Shown: in pieces, positions 40,868 to 54,144 of the stretch
Numbering within the stretch: position 1 is the first letter of the stretch
Layout of the letters: each line of letters begins with the position of its first letter
Assembly (NCBI GenBank): GCA_964016885.1
Contig: OZ024765.1
Span: 3,100,001-3,164,000, forward strand
DNA: 64,000 nt
DNA from: Eledone cirrhosa
Lineage: Eukaryota
Direction of reading: 5' to 3'
The notes under the pieces: model-generated
Database searches by the model: none
The model's input: the letters and a program-made list of their open reading frames with translations, nothing else
Told to the model about the DNA's origin: nothing
Translations under genes and position numbers: made by a program

Positions 40868-41725
40868 CTAGCAGAATAGCCCGGCATTGCTCGGGATTTG
40901 CTCTAGGGTTCTTATATATTTGATATATATTTATCCTTATCGAGCCTCGTGAAATAAATGTTTCTTTATATTTTGTTATTGTGTATGCAAAAATATCTGT
41001 CCATGAATATATAATTATATATATATATATATATATATATTAAAATAACAGACTAAAGTTTAAGCAAAGAATCGCTGCTTTCACACTTAACAGGATCTTC
41101 TGAAACTAAAAAAATCAATCTGTGAACGCAGAAAATGAATCGCTGCTTTCACCCTTAACGGGATATTCTACCTAAAAGCAGTATGAAGTACACTAAGACT
41201 AACTCATGTAATCTTTGGCCTTGTTTGTTTATATTTTGTTTTTGTGTATGCAAAAATATCTGTACACGAATATCTATATTAAAATAACATATTAATGTTT
41301 AAGCAAAGAATGGCTGCTTTCAACCTTAACGGGATCTTCTTAAACTAAAAAAATCAATCTGGAAAACAGGAAGACAATACTTTGGTTCGTGAAGACGTTC
41401 CCTGGCATAAGAATATATATACACACACACACACTGATCGCGTCATAATGACGTAATGCAGACAGTCAGGCATACAGACAGATATTATGAAGGCGCAACG
41501 TCATATCTATGTATCTATCTAAAAAGAGAAACACTGAGAGAAAGAGATCGCTAAATCGCCTAATGCGGTCCCTAGGGCATTGAAAATTTGAAATTTTTTT
41601 TGCTCAAAACACTTCCAGGGCCATACGGGTTACATGTGTAAAGTTTGAAAAAAAACGGTTGGGTACTTCTCGAGTTTTAGGGAAACAGACACACAGACAT
41701 CCTCTGTTTTATATATATATATAGA
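40868..41725 (-). mobile_element. Non-autonomous Helitron
   Basis: On the minus strand it starts 5'-TC and ends with the hairpin cccgagcaatgccggg then CTAG-3'. It sits between A and T with no TSD; removal restores aaataaa^tataaaca, as in the intact repeat near 5885-5905. Confidence 0.85.
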
Positions 41726-41898
41726 TATAAACATTTTAACCCTTTTGTTACCATATTTCTAATGTCTATAGTGTTTGGAACATAACTTAAAGGTTCTTAC
41801 ATAAAATTATGATGGAAGGTTTTTAGATAAATATAAACACTTTAACCCTTTCATTACCATATTTCTAATGTAAGACACTGTCTATGGTGTTTGAACTA

Positions 41899-42106
41899 AT
41901 TTGCATAAATGGCAGGGACACTAATTTACATAAATGACAGATGTACCAATTTGCATATTTGACTGGTGTACTAATTTACATATTTGACTCATGTACTAAT
42001 TTGCATAAATTACAGGTATTTCAATTTGCATATTTGACAGGAGCACTAATTTGCATAAATGAGAGGTTTGCTAATTTGCATATTCGACAGGTGTGCCAAT
42101 TTGCAT
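41899..42106. promoter_or_regulatory. 25-bp-period array of octamer (ATTTGCAT) motifs; candidate homotypic enhancer
   Basis: ATTTGCAT at 41899, 41949, 41999, 42024, 42049, 42074 and 42099; ATTTACAT at 41924 and 41974. Function is unproven. Confidence 0.3.
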
Positions 42107-42534
42107 GGATGATTGGTGCACCACATGGTTACATGGATAAGTGCACTTGTTGTTTGCACGGATGGTAGATGCACTTTTTGTTTTGCATTTAGGATAGCCG
42201 CACGGTGGAGTGTAGAGGACAGGTGCACTTGTCTCATAACAAAGGTGCATATACCAGGGGGCATTTGTTTCATAAATGCCAGGTGCATATATTGCATATG
42301 TGACAGGTGCATTTTTTGCACCATGCTGCATGAACAACAGCTGCACATGTTGCATGATGCATGTTGACTGCATATTTGATAAGTACATTAGGCAGGGAAG
42401 CAAGAGAGGTTCACTTATATACTGTCTGCAGATTAGAGTGCACTGGGCGCATATCACTGCAGCACCAACACCAGGGAGGTTGTCATATCCTCAATTGCCA
42501 ACACTATTGAAGAACTCTTTGGCTGTTTGTTTGG

Positions 42535-43030
42535 CACCCAGTACACTCTGTAAAGAGGTAGTGTTGGTGTCAAGATAAAATACACCCAGTACACTCTGTA
42601 AAGAGGTAGTGTTGGTGTCAAGATAAAATACACCCAGTACACTCTGTAAAGAGGTAGTGTTGGTGTCATGATAAAATACACCCAGTACACTCTGTAAAGA
42701 GGTAGTGTTGCTGTCATGATAAAATGCACCCAGTACACTCTGTAAAGAGGTAGTGTTGGTGTCATGATAAAATACACCCAGTACACTCTGTAAAGAGGTA
42801 GTGTTGCTGTCATGATAAAATGCACCCAGTACACTGTGAAATCGTAGTGTTGGTGACATGACAAAAGGCACCCAGTACACTCTGTAAAGTGGTAGTGCTG
42901 GTGACATGACAAAAGGCACCCAGTACACTCTGTAAAGTGGTAGTGCTGGTGACACTACACAAAACACCCAGTACACTCTGTAAAGTGGTAGTGCTGGTGA
43001 CACTACACAAAACACCCAGCACACACTGTA
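42535..43030. repeat. 48-bp minisatellite, about 10 units (cacccagtacactctgtaaa...)
   Basis: Tandem amplification of a motif found singly in local retroelement bodies. Confidence 0.9.
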
Positions 43031-43308
43031 AATGTGGTTGTGTTAGGAAGGTCATCCAGCCATAGAAACCAAGACAGAATCAGTTCTGTGTGAGCGAAAC
43101 AGGGTCCCCTGACCTGATCCCTCATAAAGGGACAGCACATCCTACCCATGCTCAATATGAGTTGACTCGAAGGAAGGAAGAGAAGATCCTAACCACTGAT
43201 CTCTGTCCTTTGAGGTAATATTTTACCCAACGCCACTTCGGTGGTATTTTGCTGTTTCCTTACGCTGAGTTTTTTCCATTTTCCTGAAAATCACATACAG
43301 ACACACAC

Positions 43309-43369
<61 letters not shown>

Positions 43370-44518
43370 TATATATATATGGAGGCACATGGCTTAGTGG
43401 TTAGAGCATTGGCCTTGCAATCGAAAGGTTGTGAGTTCAATTCTCAGACTGGGTGATGTGTTGCTTCCTTGAGCAAGACACTTTATTTCACATTGCTCCA
43501 GTTTACTCAGCTGTAGAAATGAGATGATAGGGACTGGGGACCCTATCATTCCACTGCAAAGTGGTCGTGGAGGTGCCACGGCAAAAAAGCACCCAGCACT
43601 CACTGTAAATGAGGTTGGTGTTAGGAAGGGCATCCAGCTGTAGAAATCAAGCCAGAATCAGTTCCCGTCCCACCCTTGCAAGCAGGGAAAAGCGGACGTA
43701 AAATGATGATGATGATTATATATATATATAATATAGATGAGATTCTACAGGGCTAGAACTGTTTCATTCTTTAGAAATCATCAGGAATCATTCTAAAAAA
43801 TGAAACAGTTCTAGCCCTGTAGAATCTCATCTATATTAAAAATTATTATACTCTGCTATGTATTGAGTATCTTACTGTAGTTACCTCCGATTCAACCCGG
43901 AATAACTTAACTTATATATGTGTGTGTATATAATTGTTTAATTACACAAACTTTCATTTGTATTTATATCATGTATCACTGCACAAGCTGTATTATTGCA
44001 GCTGGGTGGTGCAGCTGTCAGCATAATTGTTGTGCAAAGATTGTGTGAGTGTGTATATATATATATATATATATGATGGCTGCCCCCTCGTTATCGAGTA
44101 TGGCCATTGCACGATATACCATTATTAATAATTATTAATTAATAATATCGTGCAATGCCTGTGCGTGAAGATATTTTTTAAAGTGAGGAAAGACTGTGCA
44201 CTGAGCCAATCCCACTCTCTCAGAGACACTAGCTATAACCTGAAAAGAAGAAAAGATCAACATCATCTGTAACTACTGAGCCGCAGGTTTTATGTCGGAG
44301 TTACCCCAGTTTCCTGAGTTGCCTTCTCCTAGAAGAATGCCCTGACAAAGGCTAGGGGTCCTTCACTCCCAGTGGTTTAACCGCGCGATCGGGTATCCAG
44401 CCTGATTATTTCTATGTCCCCGCGCATATACATACACATGCACCCTTGTATATGTGCATATGTAAATATATATATGCACATGTACAAATGTGTGTATATG
44501 TATATGTCTATATACATG

Positions 44519-44603
<85 letters not shown>

Positions 44604-44866
44604 ATGTATGCGCGTCTCTGGATATATGTATATATGTTTGTTCGCTACGAATGTGTTTGTTACTGTATATATATATGTATATATATATATATATATATGT
44701 GTGTGTATGTATATATGTGTTTATATATGAATATGTGTGTGTGATAAAAATGTTTGTGTATATGTGTGCTTGTGTATGTATGTATATGTGTTTATGAATG
44801 TGTGTGTATGTATGTATGTATATGTGTAGTATATATATATATATGTACAAATATGTAGAGAGAGCG

Positions 44867-44898
<32 letters not shown>

Positions 44899-44906
44899 TA
44901 TATATA

Positions 44907-44959
<53 letters not shown>

Positions 44960-45976
44960 GTATATATAGATAGAACTTATATATATATACATACATATAT
45001 ATATATATATAAATATGTGTGTGTATACAAGAGCTATAGAAATCAAGAAGCTGACCCAGTTTCTAAGTCCTCTCCAGTTCAATACTTTCTGTTCGTAATT
45101 GATTGATTGATAAGAGAGACTGTATCTTTTCTTGATCGACATAATTATATCTAATAGATCACCCTCACCATCATCAGCATCACCACCACCACCATCACCA
45201 TCACCACCACCACCACCATCACCATCACCACCACCACCACCATCATCAGCATCACCACCACCACCACCACCACCACCACCATCATCATTGCCAACATCAT
45301 TATCATTTCATCACAATTAATATAAAATGGAGACAAATCACAATCGTCACCATCATTATTGTCACCATCATCAGCATCATAATCATCATCATCACCATCA
45401 TCGTTGTTGTTTGTATTGTGGATTTGCAGCATAGAGTTACGGCCCTTGCCATTCTGAGTTCAAATCCCGCCGAGGTTAACTTTGCCTTTCATCCTTACGG
45501 GGTCGATAAAATAAAGTACCAGTAATGTACTGGGTTCGATTGCTGGCCTTGTGCCAAAAGAAGAAAAAATTATTAGCAATGTGAAATAAAGTGTTTTGTT
45601 GTTTCCTTGAGCAAGACACTTTATTTCACATTGCTCCAGTTTACTCAGCTGTAGAAATGAGATGATAGGGACTTGGGTCCCTATCATTCCACTGTAAAGT
45701 GGTTGTGGAGGTGCCACGGCAAAAAAGCACCCAGCCCCCACTGTAAATGAGGTTGGTGTTAGGAAGGGCATCCAGCTGTAGAAATCAAGCCAGAATCAGT
45801 TCCCGTCCCACCCTTGCAAGCAGGGAAAAGTGGACGTTAAATGATGATTGTGATGATATATGAAGTATTTCCTTAGGAAGGGTAAGATGTCTGTTGAGCT
45901 CGTCTGTCTTTGTGAAACCTTTGGTAAATGGAATAATTGTCTTATGTTGCTTATTACATAATTATATATATATATG

Positions 45977-46290
45977 TGTTGAGAGAGAAACTGTGTCTGA
46001 GCGGGATAGAATGTAGTGTACGGGAGAGGAGACTGAGGTGGTATGGACATGTGATGCGCATGGAGGATGACCGATGGGTGAAGAAGTGCCAGGAAATGCC
46101 AGTTGAAGGAAGACGTGGTAGAGGTAGACCACGAAAAACATGGGCGGAGGTGGTGAGAACAGACCTCAGATCATTGAAGCTCACGGTGGAGATGACGAAG
46201 GACCGTGACGAGTGGAGAGATGCTGTGCTGAATAAGACCCGTCCCACCCTTGCAAGCAGGGAAAAGCGGACGTAAAATGATGATGATGAT
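45977..46290 (+). mobile_element. RTE family A 3' end with (TGA)n tail
   Basis: RERRLRWYGHVMRM...GRGRPRKTW. Further copies at 54186-54660 (+, internally triplicated) and about 62890-63315 (-). Confidence 0.88.
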
Positions 46291-46337
<47 letters not shown>

Positions 46338-46717
46338 ATTATATGCAGAAATGACCATTTGTACCGTCCTGTGCTGTCCTTAATGTTATACTTTATGTCA
46401 ACCCTACCACTACCACTACTACTATGGCTACCACTATTACTATGACTACTACTATTAATACTACTAATACCACTACTGCCACTACTACTACTACTACCAT
46501 CTCTACTACTACCATCTCTACTACTACCACTGCCACCATCTCTACTACTATTACTACCACCACTACCACCACTACCACCACCACCACCACTACTACTACT
46601 ACTGTTTAAATAGCAGTAATTGGTAGAGCATGGGTTAGTGGTGACAACAGTGTTAGTGTTGCTGATGTTGTTGTTAGTGTTAGGGTTAGTCTAATATAAA
46701 TCATGTTATCCTTTCAG

Positions 46718-46812
46718 AGCTAAACAAGGAGGAAAGTGCTTTCCGCAGTGGATCGATCACACCTGATGGACTTATTGATGAAGATTTTGAGAAAGAACTT
46801 GGTCCTTCGCAG
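46718..46812 (+). CDS. ARHGAP1: ARHGAP1-like exon (ELNKEESAFRSGSITPDGLIDEDFEKELGPSQ)
   Basis: ctttcag acceptor, gtgagc donor; phase 1-0, in frame with the next exon. Confidence 0.85.
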
Positions 46813-47095
46813 GTGAGCATTCACATGTTTCTTGTTTTACAAGGTTTAACCCTTTAGCACTCAGATGGTGGATGGGTGCTACACGAGAATGCTGAGGATG
46901 GCTCCGAACATTAATCAGTATAGACTGAGGATGAAGAACTCAGAGCTGTATGAGAGCATCCGAAAAGTCAGCTCGAGAGTGACACAGAGGAGACTGTGGT
47001 TAGCTGGACATGCTCACCGACATCCAGAGGTGACACTGCACTCAGTGCTCCTCTGGGAGCCCCTACATGGACACACTAGAAAAGGGAGACCAAAG

Positions 47096-47142
<47 letters not shown>

Positions 47143-47648
47143 ACTCCAAAGTAACACAGAGGAGACTGTGGTTAGCTGGACATGCTCACCGACATCCAGA
47201 GCTGACACTGCACTCAGTGCTCCTCTGGGAGCCCCTACACGGACACACTAGAAGAGGGAGACCGAGGTTAACATATGTTGATGCCCTGAAGACAGACACT
47301 GGTCTCTTGGAGACGCAGGACATGGCAGCGATAATGAGGAACAGAGACCGCTGGAGAGAACTCGTCCAGGGATCTCGGGAATTTTTCCCACCCTAGATAG
47401 ATAGAACCCTTTAACATTTACATTCCTCTATATTTACTATTGTATTTTCACGCTAAAGGCTTTATCTCACATTATATCAAATCTATGAGATTTTGATGTT
47501 ATTTATTTTGAGAACAATATCTTAACATTAATATGAGCAGCCGGTTACGACCAGTTTGAACAGGTGAGAGAACTCTGGCTGGACATGGCCAGTTTAAATA
47601 CTAAAATTTTGGGTTATTTTGTTTAAAATGGAATCTCTCTTGTTTCAG

Positions 47649-47718
47649 ATTCAACAAGATGAACAGGAACAAGGAGAATTTAGTGATGTATCCAGATATG
47701 GCATTGTTGAAATTGCAG
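47649..47718 (+). CDS. ARHGAP1: ARHGAP1-like exon (IQQDEQEQGEFSDVSRYGIVEIAG)
   Basis: gtttcag acceptor, gtcagt donor; corresponds to p50RhoGAP DIARHQIVEVAG. Confidence 0.93.
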
Positions 47719-47729
47719 GTCAGTGAGAC

Positions 47730-48336
47730 ATTTACTACGTTATACGTATATTGGTGGTGAATTGTCCGACATTTACTGAATTATACGTATATTGGTGGTG
47801 AATTGTCAGATATTTAATGAATTATACGTATATTGGTGGTGAATTGTCAGATATTTACTGAATTAAACATATATTGGTGGTGAATTGTCAGATATTTACT
47901 GAATTATATGTATATTGGTGGTGAATTGTCAGATATTTACTGAATTATACGTATATTGGTGGTGAATTGTCATATTTACTGAATTATACGTATATTGCTG
48001 GTGAATTGTCAGATATTTACTGAATTATACGTATATTGGTGGTGAATGGCAGACATTTGATGAATTATACGTATATTGGTGGTGAATTGTCAGATATTTA
48101 ATGAATTATACGTATATTGGTGGTGAATTGTCAGATATTTACTGAATTATACGTATATTGGTGGTGAATGGCAGACATTTAATGAATTATACGTATATTG
48201 GTGGTGAATTGTCATATTTACTGAATTATACGTATATTGGTGGTGAATTGTCAGATATTTAATGAATTATACGTATATTGGTGGTGAATTGTCAGATATT
48301 TACTGAATTAAACATATATTGGTGGTGAATTGTCAG
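47730..48336. repeat. 41-bp minisatellite, about 15 units
   Basis: tttactgaattatacgtatattggtggtgaattgtcagata; the last unit runs into a SINE A head. Confidence 0.92.
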
Positions 48337-48531
48337 AGTTGTTAGAATGTCGGATAGAATGCTTTGTGGTATTCGTTCCAGCTCTCTGCTCTCTGAGTTT
48401 AAATCCCGCTGAGGTTGTCGATAAAAAAAGTACCAGTCTAGTACTGGGGTCGATTCTTCCTCTAAATCTCTTTCTCATTTCCTTTCTCTTTCACTGTTGA
48501 TGAATTATCTTTTGTTGTCTTTATTTCGCAG

Positions 48532-48619
48532 GAGACGATGTTTATGGAAGAAAAGTGATAATATTTTCTGCCTGTCGATTGCCTTCGAGTAAAGTGTTGG
48601 ATCACAAACGACTGCTGGC
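48532..48619 (+). CDS. ARHGAP1: ARHGAP1-like BCH exon ([29 protein letters not shown])
   Basis: ttcgcag acceptor, gtatgt donor; corresponds to GDDKYGRKIIVFSACRMP of ARHGAP1. Confidence 0.96.
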
Positions 48620-48695
48620 GTATGTACACCCCTTTGTCTCTGTATATTTGTGTGTATATGTTTGCATATATGTGTGTGTGTACTTTTGTATATGC

Positions 48696-48726
<31 letters not shown>

Positions 48727-48876
48727 TATATATATATATATATGTGTGTGTGTACATACATAGTAATAATAAAATCCGATATATATATATACATATATAT
48801 ATACATATATATATACTAACCCATGCTACCGTGGAAAATGGACGTTAAACAAAGATGATGATGATGATATATATAC

Positions 48877-48923
<47 letters not shown>

Positions 48924-48941
48924 TATACATATATATACATA

Positions 48942-48974
<33 letters not shown>

Positions 48975-49034
48975 TGTGTTGTGATTGTTGCCAGCTTCAG
49001 TTCCTAGGTGTGTATATAAATATCAACGTTGTTG

Positions 49035-49105
<71 letters not shown>

Positions 49106-49485
49106 TAATTCAAATTGTATCATATAATTGATTTATAGTTGTTTTCGTTAAAATAACAGGAATATTCCAGTCCTGTTATAAAAATCTCATTAAAATCAAT
49201 TAAATACAAATAATTGTTTCTACTTTTGGCACAAGGCCAGCAATTACCCCAGTGTATTACTGGTACTTTATTTTATCCACCCCGTAAGTATGAAAGGCAA
49301 AGTTAACCTCGGCGGTGTTTGAGCTCAGATCATAAAGGGAGGTAACTCTATGTTTCAAAGCATGGCGTCCGACTTTCTGCCGATACTGTCAATCCACACA
49401 AATAATATTTACCTTACATGTCCACAAATAACAGTTCCTTGTCTTTATATGGTTGTATTAAGCCATGGTGTTGTTGTCTTTACAG

Positions 49486-49617
49486 ATACATCAAGTACAC
49501 ACTCGACCAATATGTGGAGAATGACTACACAGTTATATATTTTCATTTTGGTCTCAACAGCAGAAACAAGCCAAAACTAACGTGGTTACTGCAGACATAC
49601 ATGGAGTTTGACCGAAA
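49486..49617 (+). CDS. ARHGAP1: ARHGAP1-like BCH exon ([44 protein letters not shown])
   Basis: tttacag acceptor, gtgagt donor; 132 nt, phase 2-2; TLDQYVE.DY and EFDRK motifs. Confidence 0.97.
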
Positions 49618-49683
49618 GTGAGTTATCTCCCATATTTTTCCTTCTCCTTCTAGTATTCACATCATTACTCTATATATATACTA

Positions 49684-51692
49684 CTAGCAGTGGTACCCGG
49701 TGTTGCATGGATTAAGGTATTTTGGAACGCGGGCCGCCAACAGATCTAATCGTGGAAAAACTGCATGCCTGGACAATATGTAAAGAAAATAAATCGAATA
49801 CTCAGATGGCTGGATAATCTTTAAGATTAGGGGATCAAGAAAATAAATTTTTTTGTGCATAATATGCCTTGAAATTTCGGGAAAATCGGCGAGACGTAAC
49901 GCCTCCAAAAAGCCCTAAGAAGCTGAAAAAATGAAGTTGTTCACCTAATGCGGGCCCTAAGTCATAAGAAAGTTGGATTTTCCAGCTTCGGAAAAAAGAA
50001 AAAAATTTTTTTCATTTTTTTTCATTTTTCCAGCCTCGAAAAATGAAAAAAAAATTTTTCATTAGGCTAGGGTAGACTAGATTTAGGCTAGGCTAGGCTA
50101 GGTTTAGGCTAGGCTAGGCTAGGTTTAGGCTAGGCTAGGTCTAGGTTAGGCTAGGTTTAGGCTAGGCTAGCCATGAAAAATTTTTTTTTTTTCATTTTTT
50201 CCAATATTCCTGCCTGGAAAAATTAAAACACTATTTTTCATTTTTTCCATTTTTCCAGCCTCGAAAAATGAAAAAAATGTTTTTCATTAGGCTAGGGTAG
50301 ACTAGATTTAGGCTAGGCTAGGCTAGGTTTAGGCTAGGCTAGGCTAGGTTTAGGTTAGGCTAGGTCTAGGTTAGGCTAGGTTTAGGCTAGGCTAGCCATG
50401 AAAAAAATTTTTTTTTTCATTTATTCCAATATTCCTGCCTGGAAAAATTAAAAAAATGTTTTTCATTAGGCTAGGCTTGGTTAGGTTTAGGCTAGGCTAG
50501 ACTAGGTTTAGGCTAGCCATGAAAAAAAATTTTTTTTTTCATTTTTTCCCATATTCCTGCCTTGAAAAATTAAAACACTTTTTTTCATTTTTTTCCATTT
50601 TTCCAGCATCGAAAAATGAAAAAAAATTTTTTCATTAGGCTAGGCTTGGTTAGGTTTAGGCTAGACTAGGCTAGGCTAGGTTTAGGCTAGGCTTGGCTAG
50701 GTTTAGGCTAGGCTAGACTAGGTTTAGGCTAGGCTAGCCATGTAAAAAAATATTTTTTTTCATTTTTTCCAATATTCCTGCCTTGATATATTAAAAATTT
50801 TTTTTTCATTTTTTTCATTTTTTTCATTTTTTTCATTTTTTTCATTTTTTTCATTTTTTGCAATTTTTTCATTTTTTTTCATTTTTTTCATTTTTTTCAT
50901 TTTTTTCATTTTTTTTCATTTTTTTTCATTTTTTTCATTTTTTTTCATTTTTTTCATTTTTTTCATTTTTTTCATTTTTCCAGCATCGAAAAATGAAAAA
51001 AAATTTTTTCATTAGGCTAGGCTTGGTTAGGTTTAGGCTAGGCTAGGCTAGGCTAGGTTTAGGCTAGGCTTGGCTAGGTTTAGGCTAGGCTAGACTAGGT
51101 TTAGGCTAGGCTAGCCATGTAAAAAAATATTTTTTTTCATTTTTTCCAATATTCCTGCCTTGATATATTAAAAATTTGTTTTTCATTTTTTTCATTTTTT
51201 TCATTTTTTTCATTTTTTTCATTTTTTTCATTTTTTTTCATTTTTTTCATTTTTTTTCATTTTTTTCATTTTTTTTCATTTTTTTAATTTGTTTTCATTT
51301 TTTTCATTTTTTTCATTTTTTTCATTTTTTTCATTTTTTTTCATTTTTTTCATTTTTTTTCATTTTTTTTCATTTTTTTCATTTTTTTCATTTTTCCAGC
51401 CTAGAAAAATGAAAAAAAAATTTTCATTAGGGTAGGCTAGGCTAGGTTAGGCTAGGTTTAGGCTAGGCTAGGTTTAGACTAGGCTAGGCTAGGTTTAGGC
51501 TAGGCTAGGTTTAGGTTAGGCTAGGCTAGGCTAGGTTTTTTTTCAATTTTCCTGCCTTGAAAAATGAATAAACTTTTTTTCTCATTTTTCCAGCCTCGAA
51601 AAAAAAACATCGGTTTGGTAGTTCTCAAGTTTTAGGGATTCGAACTCACACACACACACACAGACAGACATCCTCAGTTTTATATATATAGA
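49684..51692 (-). mobile_element. Non-autonomous Helitron with internal (TAGGC/TTAGG)n and (T7CA)n arrays
   Basis: TC...CTAG termini on the minus strand and an A^T target with no TSD; removal restores the 66-bp repeat unit tatatacta^ttatattttcatgg. Termini are related to 40868-41725. Confidence 0.82.
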
Positions 51693-53000
51693 TTATATTT
51701 TCATGGTGAAGGCTTTACCTCACATAATATCTCACATAGCATTTACATTACTCTATATATACTATTGTATTTTCACAGTAAAGGTTTTACTTCACATAAT
51801 ATCTCACATAACATTTACATTACTCTATATATACTATTGTATTTTCACAGTAAAGGCTTTACCTCACATAATATCTCGCATAACATTTACATTACTCTAT
51901 ATATACTATTGTATTGTCAGAGTAAAGGCTTTACCTCACATAATATCTCGCATAACATTTACATTACTCTATATATACTATTATATTTTCATGGTAAAGG
52001 CTTTACCTCACATAATATCTCACATAGCATTTACATTACTCTATATATACTATTGTATTTTCACAGTAAAGGTTTTACTTCACATAATATCTCACATAAC
52101 ATTTACATTACTCTATATATACTATTGTATTGTCACAGTAAAGGCTTTACCTCACATAATATCTCGCATAACATTTACATTACTCTATATATACTATTAT
52201 ATTTTCATGGTAAAGGTTTTACCTCACATAATATCTCACATAACATTTACATTACTCTATATATACTATTGTATTTTCACAGTAAAGGCTTTACCTCACA
52301 TAATATCTCACATAGCATTTACATTACTCTATATATACTATTGTATTTTCACAGTAAAGGTTTTACTTCACATAATATCTCACATAACATTTACATTACT
52401 CTACCCAACTACACCTCTCAAAGTCAATGACACACGACCGTGACTTCTGGCGTCACGCAGTAATACAGGGTACCCGACCTCCCATGGGTACATGCTGAAG
52501 CATATAAACAATATGCCCCCCCCCCCCCACCGCAAGGTGGTCGTGGAGGTGCCACGGCAAAAAAGCACCCAGCCCACACTGTAAAGTGGACGTGTAGGCG
52601 CCACGAAAAAGCACCCAGCACTCACTGTAAATGAGGTTGGTGTTAGGAAGGGCATCCAGCTGTAGAAATCAAGCCAGATCAGTTCCTGTATGAGCAAGGC
52701 ATGGTCAGCCGACCAGACACTGCCCACAACAGGACAACCCGTCTAACCCATGCTAGCGTGGAAGAACGGACGTAAAACGGTGATGATGATGATGATGATG
52801 ATGCTATTGTATTTTCACAGTAAAGGCTTTACCTCACATAATATCTCACATAACATTTACATTACTCTATATATACTATTGTATTTTCACAGTAAAGGCT
52901 TTACCTCACATAATATCTCATATAACATTTACATTACTCTATATATACTATTGTATTTTCACAGTAAAGGCTTTACCTCACATAATATCTCACATAATAT
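51693..53000. repeat. 66-bp minisatellite (about 14 units) interrupted by a retroelement at about 52403-52803
   Basis: cacagtaaaggctttacctcacataatatctcacataacatttacattactctatatatactattgtatttt. Confidence 0.92.
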
Positions 53001-53812
53001 CAAATCTATGAGATTTTGAAAGTATTTATTTTGAGAACAATACCTTAACATCAGTTTGAGCGACCAGTTACAGCCAGTTTCAACAGAAAGAGGTAGAGAA
53101 TTTTGGCCGGTTTGAACATTAAAGGGTTAATGTGTTTACTACAGACCCCGAAAATGAGTTAGCTTCCTTATTCTCCCTTCTCCATCTCATCATCATTAAC
53201 GTAGTTACTAAAAACATACATCCAGCTGTAAAAATCCCAGCTAAGATACAGTTCTGTCTGAGCAAGGTATAGCACGGCCAACTGGCCAGACTTGTCTCAT
53301 GACATGGCAAGCCCTCTAACCCATGCTAGCATGGAAAAATGGACGTTAAACAGTTATGATGATGATGATACATGAAATTTGACTGCAAACTGGTGCATTT
53401 AGTCACCAGCCCAGGCTCTGTTGCCTGCCATGTTGAAGAGAGCAAATTGTCCTAGTATCGGCCACTTTCTGGTAGGTTTGTAGCAGTGGAGATTTCCTGT
53501 CTGCTTGGTCCCCAGACCAGATCCCTACTCCTGTGATAGGTTTGTGGGAGACCCTGTAGCAGTGTTTCAACATATGTTTTCAGTTTCAGATAAGAAATCT
53601 TGCAAAACAAATATAAAAATTCTGAATTTGTGTAGCAAGATTCTTTATCTGAAAACGTGTGTTGAAACTTTGGGAGGGTCATGTTGCCAATAAGAAACAC
53701 GCGCACCAGTTGCTTTCACTCCAATTTATTATAAATTAAATTTATAAATTTAAGAATTTATAAATTTCCAGTTGGTTGGTTGGTTCCATAACCAGACGGT
53801 TGTTCATATATT

Positions 53813-53855
53813 GTCAAAGTTCTTTCGTCACACATTCTGTGACTTCATCAGTGAC
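53813..53855 (-). ncRNA. Compact hammerhead-like motif
   Basis: Minus strand reads GUCA-CUGAUGA-A-GUCACA-GAAUG-UGUGAC-GAAA-GAAC-UU-UGAC. Confidence 0.5.
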
Positions 53856-54057
53856 TGGGGATTCTTTTCTTTTCTTTGTTTTTGTGCCTCTCCTTTGTTC
53901 TGTCCTACGCCATCTTGTTTTTGTGTGTGTTATATATAAAAATGAAGTATATATAATTGTTTCTACTTTTGGCTCAAAACATGTTGTCTGACGCTCTACG
54001 GATTACTACCAATAATAATAATAATAACAATAATAATTCTTTCGGAATATTCCACAG

Positions 54058-54144
54058 ATATAAAAAGAATCTAAAAGCCTTGTATTTGGTTCATCCGACA
54101 AACTTTATCCGGATTTTGTGGACTTTGTTTAAACCAGTTCTCAG
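54058..54144 (+). CDS. ARHGAP1: ARHGAP1-like BCH exon ([29 protein letters not shown])
   Basis: ccacag acceptor, gtgagt donor; YKKN.KALY.VHPT motif. Confidence 0.97.

Noticed and set aside
50060-51535. Interstitial telomere
   Set aside because: The dominant unit is TAGGC rather than TTAGGG, and it lies inside a Helitron.
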